Assembly (NCBI GenBank): GCA_963798485.1
Contig: CAWCTR010000016.1
Span: 1 to 64,000 of the forward strand
Reading direction: 5' to 3'
DNA: 64,000 bases
DNA from: an uncultured delta proteobacterium
GTDB lineage: Bacteria > Desulfobacterota > Desulfomonilia > UBA1062
A program made the translations under genes and the position numbers. This document shows, piece by piece, positions 10,308-19,860 of this stretch (position 1 is its first letter; every line of letters starts with the position of its first letter). The notes under the pieces were generated by a model. That model saw only the letters and a list, made by a program, of their open reading frames with translations, ran no database searches and was not told the DNA's origin.

Positions 10308-11429
10308 ATGCATGATGCAACAGACATCGTTCTCAATCTGAAACACCAGGACAGGCGTATCATCGGATGCTTCCCCCTCTATCCGCCGCTTGAGCTCCTG
10401 CATTCCTTCGGCCTAACGCCCGTAGTGCTCTGGGGGCTTCGATCAGAAATGAAGGACCTTTCCCGCAGCGACCGGCACCTCCAGAACTACACCTGCCAGG
10501 TGGCCCGGTGCCTGACGGAATTTATCCTGGCAAACAACAGGTCATTATTCGATGCGCTCTTCATGTACAATGCCTGCGACACCCTGCGGAACCTGCCAGA
10601 GATCATCGAGGCCGGCCTGGCTGAGGATGGTGAAAGCCTGCGCGTCTTCAGGCTCCATGTGCCTGCTGTCCCCCACGACCGGACCGGGGCGCAAGGCTAC
10701 CTGAAAGACCGCATCCATAGTTTGATTGCCGAGCTGGAGGAATTCACACATCGATCTTTTTCACCTCAGGATTTTTCAGTAAGTGTGGATCTCTATACCA
10801 GGCAACGGGGGCTGTGCCGGGAAGTAGAGGATTTGTGCGCCCAGGGCAGGACTGACTTCGCATCCGGTGCCTCTCTCCTGGAACAAGCCCACTTCATGAG
10901 GGTTGAAGAGCACATCACCCTGCTGGAAAGGGGGATTTTAAAGGCCAAGAAGATGCCTATGGACGTATCGCCGCATAAAAAGGTGATGGTCAGCGGCATC
11001 CAGACGCCGCCTTTGGGGCTGATTGAGGCCATGGAAGCCTCGGGTCTGCGCATCGTGGCGAACGATATCGCAACACTGGCGCGGTCTTATGGGTATTGCC
11101 CGAAACCCATGGCAGACCCATGCGAATACTACCACGACTTCTATTTCAACCATTACCCCTGCACCACCATGCTCCCGGCAGGAGACCGCAGGGTCGAGCT
11201 CATCAGAAAGCGCGCCCGTGAAAGCGGGGCCCAAGGATTTATCTTCTTGGGCGAGAAGTTCTGCGAGTATGAATACTTCGAGATCCCCTTTCTTAAGGAT
11301 ATGCTCAGGTCTATCGGTGTGGATGTCCTGACCCTGGAACTCGGCGCGGACGACCTCTTGAACCTCGTACCCCATAAGACGCGCATCGAGGCCTTTGCAG
11401 AGATGCAGGGTGCCAAGAATATACCCTAA
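10308..11429 (+). CDS. 2-hydroxyacyl-CoA dehydratase family subunit (HgdB/FldC-like)
   Basis: YPPLELLHSFG, NACDTLR, KFCE and TRIEAFAEM motifs. Start set at ATG 10308 because the longer ORF overlaps the divergent gene. Confidence 0.85.
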   Translation: MHDATDIVLNLKHQDRRIIGCFPLYPPLELLHSFGLTPVVLWGLRSEMKDLSRSDRHLQNYTCQVARCLTEFILANNRSLFDALFMYNACDTLRNLPEIIEAGLAEDGESLRVFRLHVPAVPHDRTGAQGYLKDRIHSLIAELEEFTHRSFSPQDFSVSVDLYTRQRGLCREVEDLCAQGRTDFASGASLLEQAHFMRVEEHITLLERGILKAKKMPMDVSPHKKVMVSGIQTPPLGLIEAMEASGLRIVANDIATLARSYGYCPKPMADPCEYYHDFYFNHYPCTTMLPAGDRRVELIRKRARESGAQGFIFLGEKFCEYEYFEIPFLKDMLRSIGVDVLTLELGADDLLNLVPHKTRIEAFAEMQGAKNIP

Positions 11430-11439
11430 GGAGCTGATC

Positions 11440-12711
11440 ATGACCCAGGAGTCCACAGCAGGGGCACCCCAAAAGACCTCATCGGGCAAACGTCTTTCCG
11501 GCATTATCAAGGACGACTATATTAAGCTCCACCAGAGGGCCACCGAAGGCGCCTTCGTGGTGTGGATCGCCATTGTCGTGCCGGCCGAACTCTTTGCCGG
11601 GTTTGAGAACGTGGTCTATGCAGTGCCTGAAAGCCATGCAGCCATGAGCGCGGGCAAGGGCGTGGGCGCGCTCCAGTGTGAAAAGGCCGAGCAGGAAGGC
11701 TACTCGCCGGATCTGTGCTCATACGCCCGGATCGACCTGGGAACGGTCTTCAAGGGGGGTAAGGATTCCCCCTCTTTCGGCCTGCCCAAGCCCCACCTGC
11801 TGGTGAGCAATAATAACAACTGCTCGCTTCTTTCCAAGTGGTTCGACGTCTACCACCGGCTCTGGGGGATACCGCATTTTATCCTGGATATCCCATTCTG
11901 CTATGAGGACCAGAACCTTAAGGACTTCACATACATCAAAAATCAGTTCGGCGACCTCATCCGCACTATCGTTGGGCTCAGCGGCCAGAGGTTCGACATG
12001 GACAAGGCCCGCGAGGCAGTGCACTTTTCGCGGGCTGCCTTGAAGGAATGGAAACGCTTCATCGGGCTTGCAGCCAACAGGCCGTCCCCCATCACTGCCT
12101 TTGACTCCTTTGTGCAGATGGCCCCCATCCTCACTTCCCGGGGCACGGCCCGGCTGGCGGAACACTACCGGCTGCTTGCGGACGAGACCGAAGAGAAGAT
12201 GGCCCGGGGCATCTTCCCGGTGCCTGACGAGCGCTACCGCCTGCTATGGGACAACATCGCGCCGTGGCATCAGTTGAGAAAGATGTCGAACAGGCTTGCC
12301 GCCCTTGGGGCCAATATCACAACAGCGAGCTATACCTACTGCATCGGCTCGCTGGAGGGTGATTTCAACCTCTACGATATTCACGGCCAGGACCCCGTTG
12401 ACTGGCTTGCCAGGCTCCAGAACTTCTCGGTATGCCCCCAAGGCATGACGCTACGGGCCCGCGCAATGAAGCAGGCCATCGATCATCATGCCATTGACGC
12501 TTTGGTCTTTGCGAGCAACCGCAGCTGCAAGGTATATTCGCTCATGCAGATGGACCAGATGAAACACCTGCGGGCTCATACCGGCATACCGGCAGTGATG
12601 ATCGATGTGGACCACGCAGATGAGCGCAAGTACAGCGAAGATGCCGCATTCGTGAGGCTGGAGGCCCTTCTGGAGACCATCGAGGCCGGGAGATTATCCA
12701 ATCGCGCCTGA
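11440..12711 (+). CDS. 2-hydroxyacyl-CoA dehydratase family subunit (HgdA/FldB-like)
   Basis: GYSPDLCSYAR, NNNCS, NRSCK and RLEALLE motifs. AGGAG RBS before ATG 11440. Confidence 0.85.
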   Translation: MTQESTAGAPQKTSSGKRLSGIIKDDYIKLHQRATEGAFVVWIAIVVPAELFAGFENVVYAVPESHAAMSAGKGVGALQCEKAEQEGYSPDLCSYARIDLGTVFKGGKDSPSFGLPKPHLLVSNNNNCSLLSKWFDVYHRLWGIPHFILDIPFCYEDQNLKDFTYIKNQFGDLIRTIVGLSGQRFDMDKAREAVHFSRAALKEWKRFIGLAANRPSPITAFDSFVQMAPILTSRGTARLAEHYRLLADETEEKMARGIFPVPDERYRLLWDNIAPWHQLRKMSNRLAALGANITTASYTYCIGSLEGDFNLYDIHGQDPVDWLARLQNFSVCPQGMTLRARAMKQAIDHHAIDALVFASNRSCKVYSLMQMDQMKHLRAHTGIPAVMIDVDHADERKYSEDAAFVRLEALLETIEAGRLSNRA

Positions 12712-12724
12712 AGCCTTCATGGGA

Positions 12725-13168
12725 CTACTGATCTCCTCCGAATCGGCCCTGTCTCTTCTTTCTCATCTCCTCAAATTTCCCTGTGAGGATCTTGAAACGC
12801 TCGGGGCCGAGGGTTTTCCTCACTTCAAGGATATATTTGAATCGCTCAAAGGCCAGCTTTTCACGCCTCTCTTCTACCCGTTTGAACTGGGCCCTGGCAG
12901 TTGATTCATTGACAGGGTCTTTATCAAGGATGTCCTCCAGCTTGAGCTGTTCCTTCTCGATGTCGCCCCTCATATCAATGAGGGCATTCCGGTTCCGGGC
13001 GAACAGATCATCCATAGTTTGCCTCTCTTTGTCCGTCAATCCAAGGCCTTTGGCAAGCTCCGGCGACCTCCACCACCTGCCCGGGCCGAGGTCAGCGCTA
13101 TGGGCCTGGACAACCCCGAAGATAACTGCCGAGCATACCAGCATTCCGATAAGCATTCTCTTTGACAT
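12725..13168 (-). CDS. Spy/CpxP/ZraP-like periplasmic protein
   Basis: Signal peptide, GRWWR, LGLTDKE and LGPER motifs; lies downstream of the ECF pair. Confidence 0.75.
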   Translation of the reverse strand: MSKRMLIGMLVCSAVIFGVVQAHSADLGPGRWWRSPELAKGLGLTDKERQTMDDLFARNRNALIDMRGDIEKEQLKLEDILDKDPVNESTARAQFKRVEERREKLAFERFKYILEVRKTLGPERFKILTGKFEEMRKKRQGRFGGDQ

Positions 13169-13218
13169 ACCCTATTCCTTTATTTTTTCTGTTAGGTCCT
13201 TTTTTGTATATACCCTTA

Positions 13219-13731
13219 TCAAGCATCGACCGGGGCTGCGAAGTCCAGAACGTCATCATTATCATCCGCAGGGCCCGTGTCGGGGACGATCTCTTGTAGA
13301 GAGACAGGGAGGCAATTTTCCTCAATCTCCTTGGTTGTTGTAATGAGCATTTCATCGGCTGCCGTCTCAGCGGCGAGATTCAATTTACCATATGGGAGGA
13401 GGTTGTGGGTAAAAAGATGCGGCAAGCTTAGTGTGATAATGAACACAAGACAAGCCGCAGCAGCGGCCAGCTCGGCATACCATCTGCCTTTCCAGCCCCT
13501 GCCTGGAAGAACCTCTGTTGAAGGCAAGGTAACCCTTCTCCGGGGGGCGGGCGTGAATCGCATCGCCTCTTCTGAGAGGCAACCGAGCTTTGCGGCAAGA
13601 TGGCGGCAGGAGGCAGAGCAGATGGGGCAAACCTTCAAATGTTCCCTTTCTTCTTGGGCCAGATCGTTCTCGTCGATGAGAGAGGCTATTATCCGCTGAA
13701 CATCGAGGTGGGTGCTTCGGTTATTATTCAT
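13219..13731 (-). CDS. Putative zinc-binding membrane anti-sigma factor
   Basis: HxxxCxxC motif (EHLKVCPIC), one TM segment, and translational overlap with the ECF sigma gene. Confidence 0.8.
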   Translation of the reverse strand: MNNNRSTHLDVQRIIASLIDENDLAQEEREHLKVCPICSASCRHLAAKLGCLSEEAMRFTPAPRRRVTLPSTEVLPGRGWKGRWYAELAAAAACLVFIITLSLPHLFTHNLLPYGKLNLAAETAADEMLITTTKEIEENCLPVSLQEIVPDTGPADDNDDVLDFAAPVDA

Positions 13732-14333
13732 AATGTCTCCTCAGGCTCAGACCCCAGGGAAAATCCCTCGTTCTTGAACTTTTCAATAGCACGATAGAGA
13801 TGGGTCTTTACCGCGCTCTCGCTCCTTTCAAGCGTCACGGCGATCTCGGTTATGCTTAAGTGGTCGAGGAACCGCAACCTGAATACCTCCTGCTGGAGTT
13901 TGGGCAGCTTCTTGATAAATTCATTGAAGCGGGCCCAGAACTGCTTTCCGGCCAAGTTATCGTAACTGTCCGGTCCCATGTCAGGGGGATCTTGTTCCTT
14001 TCCATCTTCTGCGAAACTGAACAGTGAGGTTAACTTCTGCCTTCTGCGAAAATCCTTAACCTTGTTGACTGCAATGCGATAGAGCCAGGCCTTGAAGAGC
14101 TCCGGGTCCCTGAGTGAACTCAGACTGCCGTATGCCTTCAGGAACACGTCCTGAACCAGGTCTTCTGCATCTGTTCTTGACTGGACCCGTGCATACACCA
14201 TGCGGAAAATACCCCCTTGATGAATCTCTACCAATTGCTCGAAAGAGCTCCGATTGCCTTCAACGGCAGCCCTGACGAGGACCTTGATATCTCTGAGAGC
14301 CTGTGTGTCATTGCCTCTTTCATCTTCCTGCAT
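13728..14333 (-). CDS. ECF RNA polymerase sigma factor
   Basis: Region 2 (DAEDLVQDVFLKAY, FKAWLYRIAVN) and region 4 (EIAVTLERSESAVKTHLYRA). Confidence 0.92.
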   Translation of the reverse strand: MQEDERGNDTQALRDIKVLVRAAVEGNRSSFEQLVEIHQGGIFRMVYARVQSRTDAEDLVQDVFLKAYGSLSSLRDPELFKAWLYRIAVNKVKDFRRRQKLTSLFSFAEDGKEQDPPDMGPDSYDNLAGKQFWARFNEFIKKLPKLQQEVFRLRFLDHLSITEIAVTLERSESAVKTHLYRAIEKFKNEGFSLGSEPEETL

Positions 14334-14456
14334 CGCCTTTGCATTCTATCAGCACTCAAGTATCCCCGTCTGCACCTTTTATTATTTGCTGTTATGTAAG
14401 ACGCATCGGAATGGGAAATTGTCTACAGAATATTAAGTATTCTTATTCAAAGCGTC

Positions 14457-14483
14457 GATATATTAGATATATTAGATATATTA
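14457..14483. repeat. Tandem repeat (GATATATTA)x3 in a divergent promoter region
   Basis: Three perfect 9-bp copies read directly from the sequence. Confidence 0.8.
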
Positions 14484-14503
14484 ATTGTTAGGGAGAGTTG
14501 ATT

Positions 14504-14872
14504 ATGAATTACAACATCTCTGTTTCGGTACCTAAGACATATATACGTATACAAGTAAACGAGCCTGTGACGAAGGAATCATTGCAAGGTTTTATAGGTG
14601 AAGCAGCGGAGAAATCCAAAGAATGCGGAATCGACAACTTTCTTTTTGATCTACGATGCGCATCAAACCAAACGGGCATGATCCACCACTACGAATTTGT
14701 GTATGACCTATCCAAACAATTAGGGTTTAAGCCTTTATCCAAACACGCCTTGCTCGTAAGCCAAAAAGGCATGTTGGATTACAATTTCGTGGAGACAATT
14801 CTCATTAATGCTGGATATAAAGGCAAGTTATTTACAGATGAATCAGCTGCAATTGAATGGCTTGATAAATAG
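14504..14872 (+). CDS. SpoIIAA/STAS-like small hypothetical protein (AT-rich)
   Basis: LFDLR motif and C-terminal FTDESAAIEWL; GGGAGAG RBS. Confidence 0.65.
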   Translation: MNYNISVSVPKTYIRIQVNEPVTKESLQGFIGEAAEKSKECGIDNFLFDLRCASNQTGMIHHYEFVYDLSKQLGFKPLSKHALLVSQKGMLDYNFVETILINAGYKGKLFTDESAAIEWLDK

Positions 14873-14973
14873 CGAAGCAATCCCTGCATCTAGGCACAGT
14901 CTGGATTTATTCAGATTGCCACGTCGCCTTCGGCTCCTCGCAATGACCGATGGGTAGTTTATGCAAAGGTCTC
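14872..14973. repeat. Truncated palindromic repeat element (GAAGCAATC...GATTGC...CTCGCAATGAC type) with a TTTATGCAAAGGTCTC end
   Basis: GCGAAGCAATCCC at 14872 pairs with GATTGCCACGTCGCCTTCGGCTCCTCGCAATGAC at 14914-14947. Confidence 0.6.
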
Positions 14974-15068
14974 TTTAATGATGGTTGAAGGTTTCATGAC
15001 AGGTCTACTGAGCAAGTTCAACGTGAAGATACTTCATTCAGGCGTTCAGCGTTTCGTCCTCTCATCTT

Positions 15069-15095
15069 CTTCGTGCCCTTCGAGTCCTTCGTGGT
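15069..15095. repeat. Imperfect 9-bp tandem repeat (CTTCGWGNN)x3
   Basis: Units CTTCGTGCC, CTTCGAGTC, CTTCGTGGT. Confidence 0.55.
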
Positions 15096-15101
15096 GATAA
15101 A

Positions 15102-15623
15102 CTATGTTCCTCCAAATGCCCTTGTTACCCGCCGGCCCGGCACATCCATGATCTTCGGCACGTGTCCGGTCAGCGAGAGGAACCGCTCGATGTCCTGCCT
15201 TGAGATCACGAGTGTGCTCGTGTTTACCAGGGGGTGGCACTGGATTGTATTGCATTGCCACAGGTCCTTATCCACGATGACCTCCACCCTGCCTGAAGTA
15301 TCGTTGAGAACGGACAGGATCGTCACAGAGCCAGGCGTGAGCCCCAGGTATTCCAAAAGGCGATCTGCAGAGGCAAAGCTCAAACCCTTTACCTCGAGCG
15401 CTTCCTCAAGGCCCTTGATGTCAACGGACTTCTCATCGCCCACCGTGACCAGGAAATGACGTCTGCCCTTGCGGTCGCGCAGGAACAGATTCTTGGTCTT
15501 TGCCGCAGTGGTCTTGATGCCGAGCCGGTCCGCCTGCTCACAGGTGAACACGGCCTCGTGGTCAAAACGCTCATAAGGTATTCCATTCCGGTGGAGGAAT
15601 TCGTAGATGTCCATAACGCTCAC
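15102..15623 (-). CDS. Prolyl-tRNA editing protein (YbaK/ProX/PrdX family)
   Basis: HEAVFT, TKNLFLRD, LSFAS, TPGSVT and HPLVNT motifs. Confidence 0.9.
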   Translation of the reverse strand: MSVMDIYEFLHRNGIPYERFDHEAVFTCEQADRLGIKTTAAKTKNLFLRDRKGRRHFLVTVGDEKSVDIKGLEEALEVKGLSFASADRLLEYLGLTPGSVTILSVLNDTSGRVEVIVDKDLWQCNTIQCHPLVNTSTLVISRQDIERFLSLTGHVPKIMDVPGRRVTRAFGGT

Positions 15624-15653
15624 GTCTTTCCTTATATGTATTGGCCGGTTTTT

Positions 15654-15683
15654 TGTCGGGCAACCACAAGGGTTGCCCCTACA
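15654..15683 (-). repeat. GTAG-family REP sequence
   Basis: The minus strand reads TGTAGGGGCAACCCTTGTGGTTGCCCGACA: GTAG followed by a hairpin. Confidence 0.7.
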
Positions 15684-15728
15684 AGTGAATGTTGAAATAC
15701 CGGCATTATCTCGATAGGTAAAATCACA

Positions 15729-16400
15729 TCAGAAGCCGCACCAGGTAGTGAGGTTTTTGATATCCTCCCTCGGGCTCTCGATCTGATTGGCCGGGAAATC
15801 CCAGTCCGGATAGCCTATGGCGATTGAGATAATAATGCGCTTTGTGTCCGGTACTTTTATTACCGAGCGTATGTTCTCGGGATACATCACCCCCTGATCC
15901 TCGATGCAGGTGCCAAGCCCATAATCAAGGGCTGCAAGGCAGATGGTCTGCACAACCGCGCCCATGTCCATGAGCGGGCCTGCATCGGTAAGCGCAGTAT
16001 CGGTGAGAAGAATAATGGCCGCCGGGGCATCGAAAAAGCGGAACCCCCGCTCCATCCAGACTGCCCGCTTGGCCTTGTCCTCCCTGGGGATGCCCATACG
16101 CCGGAAGATCCTTTTCGCCACCTCCACCTGCCGCTCGCGGTACACGCTTTTCTCAGGCCACCCGGTAATTACATGCTCGGGGTGTATCATGACCCCGTCC
16201 TGGAGCATCTTTGCATTCCTGTCTGCAATCTTTCTGAGTACGTCTCCCGCGATCACGAGAAATTCCCAGGGTTGGGTGTTCATGGTGGAAGGCGCCCTGC
16301 AGGCGGTCTCCAGGACCTTCTCCAGGACCTCCCTCGACACCGGAAAAGGTTTGAAGCCCCGTATGCTCTTCCTGCCCCTTATGGCCTCTGTGATTTCCAT
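15729..16400 (-). CDS. Nitroreductase family protein
   Basis: RKSIRGF, RAPSTMNTQPWEF, GLGTC and IAIGYP motifs. Confidence 0.9.
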   Translation of the reverse strand: MEITEAIRGRKSIRGFKPFPVSREVLEKVLETACRAPSTMNTQPWEFLVIAGDVLRKIADRNAKMLQDGVMIHPEHVITGWPEKSVYRERQVEVAKRIFRRMGIPREDKAKRAVWMERGFRFFDAPAAIILLTDTALTDAGPLMDMGAVVQTICLAALDYGLGTCIEDQGVMYPENIRSVIKVPDTKRIIISIAIGYPDWDFPANQIESPREDIKNLTTWCGF

Positions 16401-16419
16401 TTGTCCCCCTAAGCCTTTT

Positions 16420-16995
16420 TCAAAACCGTTCAATAATGATCTCTTCAAGCGAGCGCTTGGGCACATGGTGCACGCCTTTATCATCCCGATGGTATTTGAT
16501 GTCTCCCCCCGGCCCCACTGGCTCGATCCGGACCTCTTCCTTGGGCTTGCCCAGGGCAATGACAAGGAGGATTTCAAAATGCCCGGGTATATTCAGCGCC
16601 GCCATGAGCCCTTTTCGGTTGACGGATGCGATCATGCACCCGCCGAGCCCCTGTTCCGCAGCACCCAAAAGGATGGTTTGGGCTGCAATCCCGTGGTCGC
16701 ACCAGAAGTTCGCGGCTATATGCGTATCTCCCAGGATGACGATGTAGGCCGAAGGCCTCTCGCCCTCATCAGGGCCCGGCCAATCCTTGAGATATGCGGC
16801 CCATCCGAGATGGGGGAATATGGAGGCGTTCGTCGGCTTATCGGCAGAGATAAAGAATTTGAGCGGCTGCATATTAGCGGCCGAGGCAGCCAGACGCGCA
16901 AGGTCCACCAACGCGCACAGCCCATCTTTCGTGATGGTATAGTCCTGGTAAAACCGCCGGTAAGATCTGTTCTTTATGACAATATCCCGTAACAT
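16420..16995 (-). CDS. Nitroreductase family protein
   Basis: NRSYRRF, ASAANMQPL, GLGGCMI, ALGKP and HHVPKR motifs. Confidence 0.9.
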   Translation of the reverse strand: MLRDIVIKNRSYRRFYQDYTITKDGLCALVDLARLAASAANMQPLKFFISADKPTNASIFPHLGWAAYLKDWPGPDEGERPSAYIVILGDTHIAANFWCDHGIAAQTILLGAAEQGLGGCMIASVNRKGLMAALNIPGHFEILLVIALGKPKEEVRIEPVGPGGDIKYHRDDKGVHHVPKRSLEEIIIERF

Positions 16996-17074
16996 AAATA
17001 ACCTCCTTGCCTTTTGTCTCTACGAACGGCTTTAAGCAGCTTTTCTTCTCAAGGGATCGCACCCGGGCGCACTC

Positions 17075-17915
17075 CTACAGGCGCTCTTCTTTCGCACCAG
17101 GCCGGATGCGCCTCCACTCCGAGCCCATGGGGCATGCCTTCATGCACGAAATGCAGTTGTCCACGTCCGTTATCATGGTCTGGCCGAACTCCACCATGAA
17201 ATCCCTTCGGCGGTTGTGAGCCAGAAGCATCTTGATGTACGCAGGCCATTCACCAAGCTTCTTGGGCGGCACCCGATCGAAACCCCAGGTCCAGTAGTGA
17301 AAGCACGGGTCCACATTATATGTTCCGTCCTTCAGGGCGCTCACCGGACAGGCGAGCTCGCACCGCCTGCACCCGTCCGGGCACGGATCATATATCTTGG
17401 AGACATCAGGTTCAAGCGACAACTCGGTTATTACGGCGCAGAGTCTCACATGGGGGCCGAACCGCTCGGTAATGAGCAGGTTCGACCGGCCGATAGAACC
17501 CAAGCCGGCGCTCATGGCCGCATGCTTGAGTGAGAGCTGGCCCAAGACCTTGGTATGGTCGAGCTCCTTACCCGTCTCGGGGTTTCGCTTGTGGATCTCC
17601 ACCGGTTTGTCAGCGGATATGGGTAGTGAAAGAAAACCTTTTTGTTCAAGGGAGCGTCCCACCTTCTCTGCAACCTCGTCAAGCAGCCTCGATGTCTGCA
17701 TCTTGTTCCTGGTCCAGAGCTTGAGGTCCGGGGCATAAACCGCTCCCAGACTGTGTGAAACCGCCATGACGATCACGCTCTTGGCTGTGGGCATGAGCGC
17801 CAGGGCAGGTCTTGCCGGATCGGGCCAGGAGCAGGTCCTCTGCATGGGCGATACCCACAAGGTCAATGCCCTCTGCTAGGACCATCTGCTTGATCGATGC
17901 CGAATTAATTTCCAT
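17075..17915 (-). CDS. Epoxyqueuosine reductase-like / reductive dehalogenase superfamily 4Fe-4S protein, frameshifted at about 17822
   Basis: DLVGIA, AKSVIV, SLKHAAMSAGLGSIG, FGPHVRL, CxxxCxxCxxxCP and CxxCxxxCP motifs. Removing one C joins the two ORFs as LLLADPARPA. Confidence 0.8.
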
Positions 17916-18632
17916 GTTTCTCCCTCGACTTCCGGAGGTTCTTCAGGAACGGCTTATAGAGGAAGCTCTTTTCGTCGAGCCTGCAGAGCTGTTCGAACAT
18001 GGGCATTGTCACGGACAGGGCCAGGATGTCAGGCGGCAGCCACTGCCTCATGGCCACGTCGGTGGCGCCGAGGGCGGCCTGGGGCATGGCAAGGTCTTCA
18101 AACACCGTGATCATCTCCATGCAGCCTGACCCGAAGGGCGCAATCACGGCAGGCGGGTCGCCCGGGGCGTTTCGATAGTGTGCGCCGATAATCAGGGCGC
18201 TCAACTGGTCGGGGTTCACGAAAAAGGTCACTGTCTTCAGGATACTGCTTCCTTGCCTTCATGCAGAGGGCCGATGAGGATATGAGGATGCTTTGGCTTA
18301 TAGGTCCTGCGATTGTCAATCCACTTGCCCATGATCTCATGATCGGCCTTCAGACCCTCGGTGTCTGCGAGAAAGGTTATGTATTCATCCCGGCTGCGGG
18401 TGGCCACACTGCACAGGGCTGTGCCCGCCCCTGTACAGCCGAAGTTGTCTTTTGTTATAAGCAGTGTCTTTCCGTCAAGCCAGTCTTTATAGAAGGCAAA
18501 GACACATACATGTCTCTTCGGCTCAGGGGCCACCACCGGCTCGAACCCTATCGTATCCGGCGCATCATAGAAACCGATAAGGGGTATCTTGATACCTAGG
18601 CGTTCAATGAGTCTGGAAGGGTTATGTTTCAT
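17905..18632 (-). CDS. DUF169 family protein, frameshifted at about 18237-18250
   Basis: GCTGA, IGPL and TFFVNPDQLSAL...FGSGC...GATD..MR motifs. Removing two extra bases restores EGKEQYLKTVTFF. Confidence 0.7.
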
Positions 18633-18710
18633 GGTTCCTCCTTTCTTGATCCATGCATGATCATCTCTAAAGTCCACTGACCCCAAGGGACATTACGCCT
18701 ATCAAGACGA

Positions 18711-19787
18711 TCATCTGTCTATGGGCATGAGATGTTCCATAAGGGCCGCCTTCTCGAAGCTGTCAGGGTCCCACTTGGGCCTGTCATCCTTGTCGATGAG
18801 CCTGGAGCGGACCCCCTCTTTGAAATCATGCTGCGCCATCAGATATCTCGCAACCGTAAGATCTGCCTGAAAGACCTCGGCCAGGTCCCTGCCCTCGTCC
18901 CGGCGCAGACACTTGAGTGTGACAAACACGGCGCTTGGCGAACGCTCGGAGAGCCTCCTGAAGACCCCTTCGCAAAGATCGCTCAGTATGCTGCAGGCCT
19001 TCAGTGAATTCAGGATATCAAGAACGGACGTCTTTCCGGCAAAATACCCTTCGACCCACTGGTCCATTTCCGGGTTTGCGGGTATGTCTTTTTCTTCAAG
19101 GGGACTGAGGTGTTCGTGCAGGCAGGCAGCCGCAGCCCTTCGCCCTGCAGGCAGTGCAGGGGCATGGTATTTTATGATCTCTAATGCATCGGCAAGCCTT
19201 GATTCAGGGATAAGGCAATTTGCCAGCCCTATACGAACGCATTCAGTGCCCGTCATCTCATAACCGGTGAGGCCAAGGAATTCAGGGTATCCCTTAGCGC
19301 ACTTCAAAAACAGCCATCCTGTGGAACCGACATCCGGGAAAAAGCCGATGCGCGTCTCAGGCATGGCCATACGCGTAGTTTCGCTTGCTATGGTGATGTC
19401 CGCCCCGGAAGAAATGCCAAGACCGCCGCCCATGGTAATGCCGCTGGTAAAGACGACTACAGGCTTGGGATACCGGTGGATTGCAAGGTCAAGGTTATTC
19501 TCTTCTTCAAGGAACGCCATGGCGGGTTCAAGATTATTTTCCGTCACCGCCCGGGCCATCAACTTGATGTCGCCGCCGGCGCAAAACCCTCTCTCACCCG
19601 CACCGCTTATAATGATGAGTTTTACTGCATCGCTGGTCCTTGCCCCCTCCAGTTCTCCGGCTATGATGCGTATCATGTCCAGGGTAAGGCTGTTTATAAC
19701 CTCAGGGCGGTTGAGGAGAACATGTACAAAGGAATCCGCGTGTTCAACGATTACCGGCTGGCTTTTTGATTCAGTTACTCTATTCAT
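18711..19787 (-). CDS. 3-hydroxyisobutyryl-CoA hydrolase-like enoyl-CoA hydratase family protein
   Basis: LNRPEVINSL, FCAGGDI, MGGGLG, MPETRIGFFPDVG and DFKEGVRSRLIDKD motifs. Confidence 0.9.
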   Translation of the reverse strand: MNRVTESKSQPVIVEHADSFVHVLLNRPEVINSLTLDMIRIIAGELEGARTSDAVKLIIISGAGERGFCAGGDIKLMARAVTENNLEPAMAFLEEENNLDLAIHRYPKPVVVFTSGITMGGGLGISSGADITIASETTRMAMPETRIGFFPDVGSTGWLFLKCAKGYPEFLGLTGYEMTGTECVRIGLANCLIPESRLADALEIIKYHAPALPAGRRAAAACLHEHLSPLEEKDIPANPEMDQWVEGYFAGKTSVLDILNSLKACSILSDLCEGVFRRLSERSPSAVFVTLKCLRRDEGRDLAEVFQADLTVARYLMAQHDFKEGVRSRLIDKDDRPKWDPDSFEKAALMEHLMPIDR

Positions 19788-19860
19788 GTCAAGCCCCAAG
19801 CCTCAAACTCCATGAAGGATTCAAAAGTCTGGACAGCGGCATACCCATCAGGCTTTATCT

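Noticed and set aside
15943-16992. 349-aa plus-strand ORF
   Set aside because: Antisense to two clear nitroreductase genes.
17075-17915. Respiratory reductive dehalogenase
   Set aside because: Too short, with no Tat signal and no RdhB anchor gene; only superfamily-level similarity.
18231-18239. TGA in the DUF169 gene as possible selenocysteine
   Set aside because: The downstream half is in a different frame, so this is an indel rather than readthrough.
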